Shown piece after piece: positions 47,227 to 62,701 of a DNA stretch of 64,000 bases. The stretch lies in the NCBI GenBank assembly GCA_044892525.1, contig CM097885.1, positions 6,698,001 to 6,762,000 of the forward strand, read 5' to 3'. The stretch is from Schmidtea polychroa (Eukaryota). Within the stretch, counting starts at the first letter, position 1; each line of letters starts with the position of its first letter. The notes beneath the pieces are model-generated. The model was not told the origin of the DNA. It did no database searches and worked only from the letters and a program-made list of their open reading frames with translations. Both the position numbers and the translations under genes were made by a program.

Positions 47227-48692
47227 TCATAATTTTTCAATTCTGCACCTGAGTAGCAATTTATCACTTTTGGCTGCTAATTCATTGATTGAGCTATCAA
47301 AACTATAAATGTAAATTGGAATATTTCTGTCATTTGACGGTTTCCTCCATCCGGCATAATTAGGCATATGTATATATTTCATTGACTTGCTCATATAAAT
47401 GCTGCCATTTGCTGGATCGATCACATCGATTGTCACCGATTGTTTGAACGGCCAATCCAATTGCTCATCATTTACCCCACGCATCAAACAGAAACCAGCT
47501 GAAATACACAAATTACCCCAAATCCACACCGTCAAGCACATTTTGTAACCGATTGGCCCGGAATAAAATGCCTCGCTGTAAATATATTCACCTCTCTTTT
47601 GTTGTGAAAATTTATCGATTTGCCATTCAAAAAATCCATAATTTATATATTTTTTATTTGGTAATTTTCTTTTAATAGGTCGAATTTCATTGGCGCATTT
47701 CGCCATTTCAAGCTGCAACTGAATCTCAAATTCAAACATTTCAGTAAATCAATAAATCACCTTTTCATTCTTCTGTTGCAGCTGCTGGTCGCATTTCTCT
47801 TTCATTTCATCAATTTGCTGTTGATATCTTGATTCAATTACCTCAATTTGCTGTCTGATCTGCTTTGCATCATTAACAAATCAATAACAAATCAAATCAA
47901 TAATCAAACTTTATTGATTGATCCAATATTTGTCTCCATCTCCATTCTCAATGAGCGATTCTCATTCTTCACTGTCACCATTTCCTCATTCAATTCTCCT
48001 ATTTCCCTTCTGTTGTCCGCCTCTTTCCTTTCAATATTGCACAATTTCACCTACAATCACAAATATCAATTAAATTAATTACAAATAAAATTTACATTGA
48101 TATTATCAAATTGTTGTTTGAATTGCGTCATTTCTCTTTTCAATTCGATAATTTCGTTACGCAATTTCATATTCTCATCTCTCATTGATTGCATCTCATT
48201 GCATAAATTACTGATCTGATCAATCAATAATTTGCTGTGGCCTTCATTGTTCTCATTGAGATGGACTTTCATTTCGTCCTTCTCCACCCCAATCATTTCG
48301 CACCCAATTCTATTGAATGGACATCTAATTGGCTGCTTGTTGCATATTCTCATATGGCTCTCCATCATGCACAACTCGGTTTTGAATTCACAATTTTGCA
48401 TTGGACATTTTACAATGACTTCAGATATTCTTAAGTTAATCGCCTGATCTTGAAAAACATTTTCATTGAAATTAAATATTTGAACTTGACAATATTTTGC
48501 TACTCCTGGACAGAATTTATCTTTGTCATCCAAAAAATGCTCAATGCAATCAGAGCAAAAGCGACAACCACAAGGAGCTTGGCAAGCTTTTATCATTAAA
48601 CATTTGCAAATTCTGCATATCAATTCATTGCTAATTTCATTATCAAATTCAAATTTATTTCTCTTCATCATTTCCCATACGCTTGCAAACAT
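47227..48692 (-). CDS. TRAF-family protein (RING, TRAF Zn fingers, coiled coil, MATH), 4 coding exons
   Basis: RING CRIC..CGCRFCSDC, CPMQNC and CPFNRIGC fingers. Three ~42-50 nt GT-AG introns (~48052-48095, ~47860-47910, ~47719-47760) join coiled-coil exons in frame to MATH (YSEAFYSGPIGYKMCL..LMRG.ND..L.WPF). Confidence 0.88.
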
Positions 48693-50174
48693 TTTATCTA
48701 AAATTATCAAAATATTACAACATTTTTAACCTTCAATAAATCTTACTTATTATATTAATTATTTCCTCTGACGTTTACAATTTCAATATTTATAATTTGT
48801 ATTTTAATGTAGATAAACAAACAATTTATAAATATTATATTTTAGCTTTGAGTGCAATTCGAAATTTTATTAATGTTAATTTTCAGAGTTTTTCTCATTT
48901 ATTTTAAATATTACAAAATTATTTAAATTAAAATTTGATAACAAAAAGTAAAATTTTTATGGAAATTTAAATAACTTTTTAACGGAAAATCCAAATTAAA
49001 AATAGATCAAAATATAAAAATAAATATTTTTCATAAAATATTAAAATTAAAAAATATTAATTTAAAGAATTTTATTTGAAATTAGAATTTATTTAAACAG
49101 ATTAGAAAAGAATTCAAAATCATCAGAGCAAAAATATAAATTTTAAAAAATCAATATTGTTAATTCAAATACTTTTTAACAAAATAATAATATGGCAATC
49201 AAGGGGAGAAAATGGCTAAGATTAATTAAAAACAATTTATGCTAATAGTTTCAACTGAACAATTTCCAAAAATCATTAGCAAGGGATATTTTATATATGT
49301 ATTTTTATTTTCGATTGTTCCTTTTGATTTGGTTACATTAGAGACACCTTATTAATACCATCCACAAGATCAGGTCGAGAGGTCAGGCTTCCTTGACTAC
49401 GTCCAGCAGACAGTAAGAGATGAAATGTGCCCAAATGTCATTTATAAGTTAAGATACCCCTCGAAGCAAACAATCCAACAAACCATAATTTATAAGCTCC
49501 GGAATCGGTCCACACGCGTTTGCCATGCGAATCAATTAATCAAATTTAAGCAGTTGAGAGAATATATTTATGAAAACTAATTTTCGACAAATATCTTTAA
49601 TTGTTCAATAGTACTGAAGATCAGATTGCAGCAACTCCTAGGGAGAAAGTAAAGGTGATCTGTTATCATGTGAGCTTTGGTGGCAAAACTACTCTCTCTC
49701 TGTCAGCCATCTGAAATTATGGACGGCCGATAAAGAGGGTCCTAAGACTGTTCTGGGTAAAAGTTGGAAGAAAAAACCATTTGTTTATTCAAAACAATGA
49801 AACAGCGAGTAAAGAAAAATAGCAAAGAAATGCAAGAAATAAATAAAATGGAAGAGAATGAAAATATAGATAAAACGGAAAAAACAGAGAATATAATAAT
49901 TATTAAATTAAAAACTTAAGAAATATGAAAATTAAAAGATATCGATTAAAACAAAAAATTATTAAAAAGAATAAATGAGTAAATTTAGAAAATAAGAAGT
50001 GATTTACGTCAAAGGAATCAAACGAAACCAAGGTTACAAATTATATTTCCTTATAATAACTAATGTCTAAAGTAGTATGATTGGTCACCGCTAGACCAGG
50101 TCACCGCTGGACCACATATATAATAAAGTTTAATGGGTTGTGTGTGTGTTTTTATGTTTTTGACTAATATTTGC

Positions 50175-50225
<51 letters not shown>

Positions 50226-50336
50226 GTTTAATGGGTCGTGTAAAAAATAATTTAGGTTTTTCACTAATATTTGCGTTAATAATAATAAAGTTTAATGGGT
50301 TGTGTATCTATGTGTAAAAAATATTTTAGGTTTTTC

Positions 50337-50382
<46 letters not shown>

Positions 50383-50747
50383 TGAAATTGTATTTGAAAA
50401 TAATTTGCGACATGTTGATTGTGAGCAGTACCTTTGTGACCATTACCCTTAGGGTGACAGAATATCTTGTCGGATAGACTAGGAGTATATATAATAATAA
50501 TCATAATAATAATATTAATAATAATAATAATATTGATTAAAACTTTGAAAATAATTCTTTGAAAATAATACTTTGAACAATATTTGATGTAAAAGTTCCT
50601 GAAATAATCATGAAAATGTTGAAAATCGTGAAAATATTGAAAATGTAGAAAATTATGAAAATATTGATAAATATTTAAAATAGCAAATGATGAAAATGTT
50701 GAAAATCATGAAATTGATGTAGAAATTAAGTTTTATGAATAATTGCA

Positions 50748-50849
<102 letters not shown>

Positions 50850-53800
50850 TTTGAAAATAACATCTTCCACACGGGCGTTAATATTTTAAAAGAAAATATT
50901 GAAAATTAAAAAATAATAATATGTAATCAACGATTTAAACAAAATTATATTATTACGTATTCAGTAATTAAAACAAAAATTATTAGTTCTAAAAATATTA
51001 GGCATCGATTACGTAATAGTTCTAAAAATATTAGGCATCGTTCTTAAAATATTAGGCATCGTTCTAAAAATTAAATTCATTGGTAGTTTTTAGAGTTAGC
51101 GGGATTTTACTAACATTATTACTAACCTTTTTGTGAATAATTGAAAGAATATTTTGAAATTTAACGTTTTAGTGTTAATTCTAAGACAAATTTAATTAAT
51201 TTCTTGATAATTTGCTATATTTTATTGACTTGTTTTTAAATTTACTTTTAAATAAAAATTATTTTTAATGACAGTTAGGTTAATAATTAGAGTTTTTACA
51301 ATAATCAAGTGATTATTATTTAATTTTTGTAAAAATTATTGTAAAATATACTGAAATTTGTGATTTTAAAAGATATATCACGTTATAATTGCTATATAAT
51401 TAGCTGAATCGATGAAGAATTATGATCAATCAATATATTTCATCTCTAGTTAGGTATTTGATGGTAAATGTGGTGAAATATTTGTAGAAAATATTGATTT
51501 TAGTAAATTTTGATTTTTTAATGGGCTCTTACTACATGAATTTAGATACTAAATTATTTCAATGGAAGGATGTCTGTAACAATTAAATAAAATTCATATT
51601 TTGAAGAATTTTCTATGGATTTTAAGAGAATTGATATATTAAAGGTATGATATTTTAAAGTCGGTTGGTTTAGATGGTAATATATGATTTTTAAGGGGGT
51701 GTTTAAAATGATAGAAATATTTGGTGAGGGATCGGTTAAGGTGGAAATGATTGAAATCTCTATTTAAATCGACAATGTTCTTATTGGTAAAATTTTAAAG
51801 GGAAATAGTTAGTATTTAGCTATGAATTAATAATAGTTCCTGTGAAATTATATCGTTTTAGAGGTTTATTAGGTTGTGATGAATTTTATTGCACAGTAAT
51901 TTAGATTTATGTTTTAGAACCAGTTTTTTATTAATTATCCACTGTTTTATTAAGTCGTTTAGGGTTAATGATCAATTTACTTGGTTTTCACAATGAAATA
52001 TTTGAAATCTTTAGAATTAATTGGGATTGATATCAAAGGTTATTGCTTTAAATTATTTACTTAAGAAGTTATTTTATTCATTGTGGGGACATCAGTGACA
52101 AAACTTGAGAAATATTGACTTAAAAGTTGGAAATCGACAACGGCTAAAGAAAATTGATCTTTATTGAAGGAATTTTATGATTTTAATTAGATTTCTAGAA
52201 ATTAAATCGGTTGAATATTAAAGGTGAAATCTATTGAAGGAATATTATTATCGGATGGATAAATGATATTTTGCTAAATTACCTTTGCTAAATATTATTT
52301 TAAATAACTAAAAATGAGAAAATTAAGCACTATCCATAAATTGATGGCACAAAATATCCATGTTTTGGTTACTCAAACATCTTAAATTTCTCGCAAAGAT
52401 ATATTACGTCTAATGATCATCTAATTAAATTAGAAAATAATTGTTACTTTATAATATATATTTCTAACTAATAAGCCCCTTAATTGGATAAATGATAACC
52501 ATATTTCTATTATGACTCCTTTAATTATTTTTGCCTCAAACAAATTTACTCTAAATGATAAAGAATTTAAAATTATCAATGAATAATGACCATGTTTTTC
52601 TCATATTATTAACTATTGTAACGAACATTAGATGAATAAATTACCTTTTGCTTTAAATGTCTAAAAAGTTAACCAATAAATTAGTCGCTCGACATAAGTG
52701 TAAAGTTACATTTAAAATATTCACAAATTTCTGATTATCTTACCTAAGAATTTCTAACTGATTAATATACCCTTGCGACTTGTTGAGTGTGACCAGTACC
52801 CTTGCTAGCAATATCCATAGGGGGACAGAATATTTTGTCGGATAAACTAGGAGTATATGGTCTTTATTGATATATCAAAATACTGTTATTTATAAATCAA
52901 CTAAAAATACTCAAAAATACTATATTATTTTACTGAATGATACCGTAAATGTTTTTAATATACATATTTCTAAATAAATCAACAGTTCAAACCAACAACA
53001 TGTATGCAAGACCACCCATTGTTAATTTATTCCCAGTGTCACGTCCCTCAAAAATACCGTGAGTGTTTTAACAAAACTGAGCTCAAAGAAACTTTCCAGA
53101 TAACAACTCACCTGAATGTTTTGAACAAAAATGAGCGAAATTGAGAACAAACGATTAGATGGCGATTAAATTCTGGCCACAACCCTAACAACATGAAAAT
53201 TAAGATTTTAATTATTGAATTCGTTGTTTTCTGCCTGGAAATACTAACAGAATATTTTTTAATTCAAAGAATCTTCATTATAAATTTTTGAATTTAAAAA
53301 ATTAAATGAAGGATATATAAGTGTACATAAAATTATATAAAATTATACTATATTTATTAATAAATTTAGAATACATAAAATTATACTATATAATAATGTT
53401 AATGTTTAAATATGCTTAAATAACTAAAGTGTTTAAATATGTTTAAATAACTAAATTTAAATTATTTAAATATACTTTTGATATAACTTTATTTCTTTCG
53501 TTTTAGTATTCATAAAGTAAGTAAATAAAGAATTTACTACAATATTTTAATTATTTTACTTAGTAATGAAGAAAATGAATTATATAATTATGAAGAAGAT
53601 GAACCAGATAAAATGGTGAAACACTAAATGACTTATGTTCTGGATTTAGATATTTCTTATTAAAACATGAATTATAGAAGAAAATGAACCAGACAAAATG
53701 GTGAAACATTGCTATGTTCTGGATTTCTTAAATGAATTAGCTGATTGTGGGTGTCCTTCAACATGAATTATCAGACTTAAATTATGTAAACTTTCAACGA

Positions 53801-55015
53801 ATGTCAAGAAAAATGGGAAAAACCGATGTTTTAGCAATTAGATATTGTAAAGTACTACCTGAAGAATATTATTATTAATGTAAGACATGAATTAATTCTT
53901 TAAAATATATATATATATTATATTTAGGTATCTGTGTTTTATGGTGGGAAATGACATTGAAAAAGTATACCACAAATAACAGTTGCCTAATTTATCAAGC
54001 CTGTGACGATAAAATGCTAGATAATGTAAGTTAATTGCTTTTAAATCAATATAAATTTTAGCAATGATAGTTGACGCCGCATCAGAAACTAAGAAATACG
54101 TCCAATTTGCAAGATGTATTCCAAATGACCCGATGGAGATGATAATTTTGAGATAGATTACCAGCAGAAGAGCGAGAAAAATTTGTAAATTAAATATAAT
54201 AGGGTTGGGTGGGTCCTCTTTATCCCTTAATTAATATATATTTACAAGCTGATCGTCGTGGTGGGCGGTTGTAATCCAACTAGTGGGAGGCCTCTGTAAA
54301 TATATATTTGTGTTAGTGAAAACATTAATTAATTTGGTTATAGTGCCAATGACGCATGTATTTTGAAATTATACGTTTCGAATGTGCTGGTAGTTGACTA
54401 CCCATGCTAGGCGTAATGTTCCGTACGGAAAACTATAATACCCAGGTTCTTCTGACCCCACTTGGGGGAGGCACAGACGACCCTTAAGGACGCGAACAAA
54501 TATCCACCGTGTCTTTCAGGCACAGATATTTGGTCACTGCTCATTAGGCCTGGCAATACTAAATGCATAAACTTTGCCTTGTCATCTCTTGTCTTGATTT
54601 TTTTTCGTTTAAATATTAAAGTATGTGTGATAGGTTTTATTTACTAACCTTAATTAATATACCCTTGCGATATGTTGAATGTGAGTAGTACCTTTGTGAG
54701 CAATACCCATAGGGGGACAGAATATTTTGTCGGATAGACTAGGAGTATATACACCCATGTTAAACAAGGTATGTGTATATAGAATGTGTGTATAAAATTA
54801 TCGCTCCTTATTGACAACTTCCTGTAAAGGCAAACACAGAATACTGCAAACATAATAATACTCTACCCCATAACTTAGTATGTAAAAATTATTTAAGGTT
54901 TTTTCACTAATAATAATAATAATTATAATAATAATAATAATTGTTAATGGGTTGTGTATGTGTGTAAACCATATTTTAGGTTTTTCACTAATATTGATAA
55001 TAATAATAAAAAAAA

Positions 55016-55100
<85 letters not shown>

Positions 55101-55374
55101 TGTTAATGGGTTGTGTGTGTGTAAATAATATTTTAGGTTTTTCACTAATATTTAGAATAATAATTGTTAATGGGTTGTGCATGTGTGTGTGTAAAAAATA
55201 TTTTAGGTTTTTTCAATAATAAGAATAACTCCCGCGCGTGTTACTTTGAAATAATAAGGTATGTGTATATAGAATGTGTGTGTGGGGACAGAATATCTTG
55301 TCGGATAAACTCGGATTATATAATAATAATCATAATAATAATAACATCTTTCGCGCAGGTGTTAATATCTTCAC

Positions 55375-55549
<175 letters not shown>

Positions 55550-55660
55550 GTCTAATGGGTCGTGTAAAAAATAATTTAGGTTTTTCACTAATATTTGCGT
55601 TAATAATAATAAAGTTTAATGGGTTGTGTATCTATGTGTAAAAAATATTTTAGGTTTTTC

Positions 55661-55742
<82 letters not shown>

Positions 55743-56107
55743 TGAAATTGTATTTGAAAATAATTTGCGACATGTTGATTGTGAGCAGTACCTTTGTGAC
55801 CATTACCCTTAGGGTGACAGAATATCTTGTCGGATAGACTAGGAGTATATATAATAATAATCATAATAATAATATTAATAATAATAATAATATTGATTAA
55901 AACTTTGAAAATAATTCTTTGAAAATAATACTTTGAACAATATTTGATGTAAAAGTTCCTGAAATAATCATGAAAATGTTGAAAATCGTGAAAATATTGA
56001 AAATGTAGAAAATTATGAAAATATTGATAAATATTTAAAATAGCAAATGATGAAAATGTTGAAAATCATGAAATTGATGTAGAAATTAAGTTTTATGAAT
56101 AATTGCA

Positions 56108-56164
<57 letters not shown>

Positions 56165-56299
56165 TTTGAAAATAACATCTTCCACACGGGCGTTAATATT
56201 TTAAAAGAAAATATTGAAAATTAAAAAATAATAATATGTAATCAACGATTTAAACAAAATTATATTATTACGTATTCAATAATTAAAACAAAAATTATT

Positions 56300-56948
56300 A
56301 GTTCTAAAAATATTAGGCATCGATTACGTAATAGTTCTAAAAATATTAGGCATCGTTCTTAAAATATTAGGCATCGTTCTAAAAATATTAGGCATTGATT
56401 ACGTAATCATTCTAAAAATAAGAGGCACCATTCTAAAAATATTTGGCATCGTTCTAAAAATATTAGACATCGATTACGTAATAGTTCTAAAAATATTTGG
56501 CATCGTTCTTAAAATATTAGGCATCGTTCTAAAAGTATGACGTAATCGTTCTAAAAATATTAGGCACCATTCTAAAAATATTTGGCATCGTTCTAAAAAT
56601 ATGTGGCATCGATTACGTAATAGTTCTAAAAATATAAGGCATCGTTCTAAAAATATTAGGCATCGTTGGGTGAGTCATTGGGTGAGTCATTCTCTTTGTT
56701 AATATTAATGATGATGATACCTTCAATAGCTCATTCGAAAGGTCTTGGACCGAGCTTTAAGATGAGGTATCGTTCAATAAATTCAGATGATAGAAACATT
56801 ACTTTTGGGAAGAAAAAAAGTAGGTCACCGCTGGACCAATTAATTTAAAAAAAATTACGTAATAGTTCTAAAAATATTAGACATCGTTCTAAAAATATTA
56901 GGCATTGATTACGTAATAGTTCTAAAAATATTAGGCATCGTTCTAAAA
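56300..56948. repeat. Subterminal ~22-bp array TTCTAAAAATATTAGGCATCG with GATTACGTAAT variants
   Basis: Directly visible. A short copy is at 50985-51070. Confidence 0.9.
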
Positions 56949-59199
56949 AAAATTTTCCGGGGGGGAGGGGGAGTATATGTGGTCCAGCGGTGACCAATCA
57001 TACTACTGTCTAAATATATTATTAGACTTTGTAATATAGAAGTGTTGCTGCTGATTCAATAAGCATTTACACTAGTGGAATCTAATAAGTAATCGGTTAG
57101 CGATATATGTTAGCTTCTGATCTGGTGGATAGATTCTCCCTAACACAGATTATATCTGACTCCAAATATATATAAAAATATGTGCGTGTAAATATATAAA
57201 TAATATGATTTAACCAAGACGTAACTACTGAAAGATTTATTAATTATGCACAAACTATACAAAATTGATTAACCCAAAAATTTCCCTAATACTATAAAGG
57301 AAAGAATATCGGTTGTACAAACCATCCTCAGATATAAGAAACAAATGCTTGATCTAATTGCTCTCAGTACTCTATTTGAAGTTAGGGACAAGATGGAGGA
57401 TTTCCCAAATTTTACTCGATCGTCTAAATCGACATTGATCTAGCGTTTCCTTATATTTTTACCCTCTTAATAGTTTAAATCCAACGATTAGGTCAGGCAG
57501 AATTGCTGCTTTTCGCGGTTGGTTTGTGCAATTTAATATAAGAAATTTGTAATAACCTTATGGTTAAGTTCTTTTGTTTTCTTTTCTTTTGACTAAGCTG
57601 AAATTGCTTGAACAAAATTGTTATGAATTTACAAATTTCTGTCTCTGTTTATATATATTTTTCTGAGACGATATACGTTTTTCTATATACATTTTTTTAT
57701 ATACATTTTGCTTATTTAATTCCCTCATAATAGCACTTAATTCTAGGAACAGCTTGTTCAGTGAAGCGCTTTAAAATCAATAATAATTAAGCGATAAACT
57801 TATTGTCTCTGGTAATGGCTTTTAAAATCGATACTGATTTAAGCCCAGTACAAAATTATTTTTCTGCCTTAACAAAAATATTTACAGACCTAAGCACAAG
57901 GAACAGGAAACTCTAAAACAACAACTCAAAATCTCAAATCTAAAATGGAGAAAACCACACGTGGCAAGATATATTTACGTACGGAAAAGAAATATTTATC
58001 CAGACACAAGATAGAAAGAAATATTCAAACGCATATTAATAAAACCAAACAAACTAAGCTCAACAGAACCGGAAAGTAATGAATTAAAATTCAATCAAAA
58101 TCTTAACTCAAGGACAAACTCAATTTGAAGTGGGAAATCAAGAAAATCTCATAGAAAAGACAAAATCTCGCTGACAAAGGACAAAATTTGAGGGAACAAT
58201 TGAAGAAAAATATGAAATTCATTCATGCGCATCCAACAGTAAGGTTACACTGTTATTTGTGGATTTTATATTTATGTTTGGTAAATCGATATGCAAATTT
58301 TTTTAATTTTTACATTTTACTTCCTTGAGTTCATAAAATAAATAATTTACACTTAAGCAAGTCACAGGCATTCAGAGAAGTGAAACATTTAGGTTACGAA
58401 ACGAACTCACATCATGACCAAGATTTCCGAATTTTCTCTTTTAATGGTGTATAAATGTAACTAAAGTTTAGTTTTCAGTTTCAGAGCGAGTGGAGATAGA
58501 ATAGTATGACAATATGAAACCCAGGAATTGTTCACTGAGACGCAGAAAAACTATAAAGAAATATATGTCAAGAAAGAGTTTAGACTAGGAGAGAGTGAGT
58601 TAGATATTGATTGTGAATATAGACTAATTATATTTTGAGGCGGCGGCGTTAACATCAATCAGGAATCAGTGGCACAACTTCTGTGGTAGCAGCTACAGCA
58701 GTGCTGTGAAGCTTGACCCGATGATTATAAGTAATTAGTTTGAATAAAATATCAACTAACTAAAATACTCTCAAAATTACCGGTAAATTACCGGTTTACC
58801 GGTTTTTTCCACATAAATTACCGAATTACCGGTAATTGAAAAAGTCGGTAAATTTGCAAGCCCTAACCCGATCATAACAAAACCAAAATTATGAGCAATT
58901 TAGCACGGGCAGTCAGTCAGGAGGACGTGATGTGATGCGATAAATTTTTAGTTACGAAATCAACGCTATGGACATTGCAAACGAATAGATGTCGCCAAAA
59001 ATTCGATTGTTCTTTAGCTGTACTTCATAATATATTATGAATATGTTCTTATTGTACATCCTGTTTTGTGCGTAACATGACGCCAATTGTTTATTTGGTA
59101 AATGCCTGTTTGGTGCTGAATGAAACCATGCAGTTTCTCAATTACACGAACTATCAAAATTCTTTGATTTTAGGCAGCGAATTTACATGTTCTTCGGTT

Positions 59200-59262
59200 T
59201 TATGAATATTTAAGTAAATAATAATAAAACATCGAAAATAATAATACTCTTGCGACTTGTTG

Positions 59263-59349
<87 letters not shown>

Positions 59350-59873
59350 TCATTGTGAACAGTACCCTTGTGACCATTACCCGTTGGGGGACAAAATATT
59401 TTGTCGGATAAACTCGGACTATATATAATAATAATAATTATTATAATTATATTCATTAAAAATTTGAAAATAACAACTTCCGCGCGGGCGTTAATATCTT
59501 TCCCAATAATAATGATAATAATAATATGTATATATCAGTAAATAGGTCTTGCACTGGGCCTTTAAATAACCTATCGATTAATTATTTCGGATGATGGAAA
59601 CACTAAGTTGTTGCATGACCAAAACCAGGTCACCGCTAGATCACTAATAATATTTTGAATAATAATAATAATTTCTTGATGAGTCATAGGATGAGTCATT
59701 GTCTTTGTTCTTAAAAAGTGATGAGTCATCAGATGAGTCATGGTCTTTGTTCTATAAAAATGATGAGTCATCGGATGAGTCATTGTTTTTGTTCTAAAAA
59801 ATTTGTCGCTCAGGGGGTAGGGGGATATGTGATCTAGCGGTGACCTGATTTTGCGGTGCCCAATCCATCTACT
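59200..59873. mobile_element. Orphan Polinton terminus related to the 50071-57007 family
   Basis: Ends ..CCCAATCCATCTACT (AGTAGATGG on the minus strand). Shares GGTCACCGCTAGA, GGGGACA.AATATTTTGTCGGATA and GATGAGTCAT repeats. Left boundary approximate. Confidence 0.7.
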
Positions 59874-61371
59874 CAGGAGACGCTCACGAAAAAGATAACA
59901 ACCGTGCCTTTCACTGAAGAAGATAATATTTTCCCGTTGATTAATTGGTCTCAAGAAACAAACTAATCGATCAGAAAATCCTGCAAAAGCTTCGTAGACA
60001 CTCTTTTGTTGCCTACAACTACAGAGGTCTCTATTACCGGTGTCAGTCAGGCGGTGACAAAAACCTATCGTATCATCGGTTAAATTCACTCAATCAGTGC
60101 AGCCATCCAAGTCTAAGCGACGAAAACCGACTCGGGCAGAATGTAAAAAGAAACGCAAAGTCCTGCAAGCTGAACGGGAAGCGAAACTAATCGCTGAGAA
60201 CGTACAAGACTCTCTTCAGGCACAGACGGTAAATCCAACTCCCACTAATAAGCAATTCCGAGTTATACCACCATCGAGCACTCCTTGGGAGGAAGATGCC
60301 ACTGATTTTTTGACATTGAGACGTTATTTGACGAAACGACGAATTTGTAAATCTTAGGATTGAATTCTGAGTGAGTGAGATGTTTGTCTGAATAATCGTT
60401 TTCTGTTGTAAATATCTGATTCTGTACACGGTGATTTAACAGTAATCTGTCATGTATGTACAATATTATTAATGATTTTCTTTTGGTAACTTTGTTTTTA
60501 ATTCGTCAAATAATGAAGTCTTTAAGGGCAAGAAAAGTAGAGGTTTTCAGACTAAGAGACAATTGTTCTTTATCAATCCTAAGGTAAGTGATATTGAGAC
60601 ATAAGAACTTTTATCGGCCTTCAGAAAGGGATAAGTCGGAATGTAGTGGAGTAGTCCTAAGGCAGGGGCTCGCCTGCTTTACTATGTTTCGCCGCCATGA
60701 CACATTACTACCTCGACAAAAAAAGCACAATAAATTCTCAATACTGAATTGGATGTGAAAGCCTAACAGCAAAGCAGCCGACAATGTAAATTTTGTTTTT
60801 ACAAGAATTTTGTGTAAAGAAAACAATTTGCTGGTCAGTCATGGCTTTCTAGGAGATCCTGGCCATTATATAAGTCAAGCATATAATTGTATATTTATAC
60901 ATGTCAAATGATGCATAATTTTCCGAATTATAATTCTAGCTAAAACGTCTGATTGAAATTTCTATTATAAACTTAAAATTTTGAGATCATTCAAACAAAT
61001 AATTATTTCTACAGTTGTAGAGTTTGACCATGAAATTTATTCGCAGTTGGCATACACTTCTCATTACAGGTTTCAATCGTTATTTTGGTGCTTTTTCATG
61101 AACGTTTGAAGACCTTGTTTTGGAACGGGGTAGTCTTGTTTCTAAAAATATTTCATAAAAATGAAAAATATAATTATTCCATAAAACTAAAATATAAATC
61201 GACTGAAGCATTTTCAGTAAAATATTTTAGTTTTTCTGGCGCCGAAATTTTGAAATAGCAACATTTTGGCTGGCCCTCCCAAACTTACTTTTGCCAATCT
61301 AAAACCATTCCAACCAAATACTTTTAAATTTTGATTATTTATCTCTTGTTCTGAGAATCATTGTTTCATTG

Positions 61372-62030
61372 TTGTTATGATTGGCATGCGTCAACCAGAT
61401 AACTATGTTGGTAATGAGGCTCAATCTAGCACAAAGAGTATCCAGCTCTTTTTATCGAATTTAAAATCTAAAAGGGAGAAATGACTCAAATCAACATTCA
61501 ATACGCCTGCTTAGTATTTTGTTATCCAAGCTGTTTTGTAGCTTTATGCTTTAGGAAGAACTACTGGTATTGTTTTATATTCCAGTGATGATGTAACACA
61601 CACAGTTCCTATTTACGAAAGATATAGAATTGATTTAGCTGGAAGAGGCTTAACTGATTATCTAATAAAAGTTATTACAGACAGAAGATGCAGTTTTAGA
61701 ACTACTAATGAAAAGAGAAATTATTCAAGATATTAAAGAAAAACTGATTTTGTGCAAGAAACGCAAACTGCTGCTTTTCATCGTTACTTGAAAAGAATTA
61801 TCAAGTTATTACCACTAAATTTGAAAAGATTAAGATGAAAAGATTAAGTTTTGTTCCAGTCGGTATTCTTGGAAATAGAAACTACTGGTATTCATGAGGT
61901 GACTTATAATGACAACAACATGAAATGCGATGTGGATATTCGTAAAGATTTATATAGCAAAACAGTTTTATCAGGTGGTTCCACAATGTATCCCAGTATT
62001 ACTGATCGTATGCAAAAAGACATTTCATTA
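61372..62030 (+). pseudogene. Actin pseudogene (fragmented)
   Basis: [76 protein letters not shown], with stops and deletions. Confidence 0.9.
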
Positions 62031-62701
62031 TTTATCTCCTTCGTCTTTGATCTTTGTCAACTAATTTTTCTTCATCTTTTTGTACACTAACGATCAGTAT
62101 TGGATAATGATTAAATTTAATTTTTATTAAAGATCATCCTAAAAAATTCTAGTTTCTTGGTATCAGCATAAATGACTATTAAACAACTAAAGAAGCCTTT
62201 TACTGCCAAATATGTATTAATTGAAAAAAACATTTTATTAATAATAAAAAACATTAATTTAATTATAATAATAATAATAAAATTAATAATAATAATAATT
62301 GAATTGAAACGATAGTTTGAAGACTATAAATCAGTAATATATCGATGTTTGTTGATACTCACAAATTTTCGGCACTGCCTTTTTCAAGTGAATTTGATCA
62401 TCATTACAACAAATATTCATTGTTGGGGGATAATAAATTTATTTCGTATTTTATAATAAATTTATTGGTTTAATTATATACTATTTATATTTTATTTTAA
62501 TTACCCAAAAAATATATTTCCTATTTTTTAAATTCTGTAATTTAATTATATTTTTATTTTTTTAATAAAATAAGACGTTTTTTATATTTTAAATATTTTT
62601 TTAATTTTAAATTTTAAATCTAATTAAATATTAATTTAAGTATTAATTTAGTTGAATGTTGATGGAAGGTTTAAGTCTTTTGATATAAAGTGTATTATCG
62701 G

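Noticed and set aside
51100..54200. Possible pPolB or other gene remnants inside the non-autonomous element
   Set aside because: Too degenerate to assign by eye. Needs tBLASTx.
58716..58872. TTACCGGTAA-rich insert ending GCAAGCCCTA (hAT/MITE end)
   Set aside because: Only one TIR and an imperfect flanking duplication (ACCCGAT). An ordinary truncated MITE.
59874..60830. Short basic ORFs 59945-60357 and neighbours
   Set aside because: Likely retroelement debris with no diagnostic motif.
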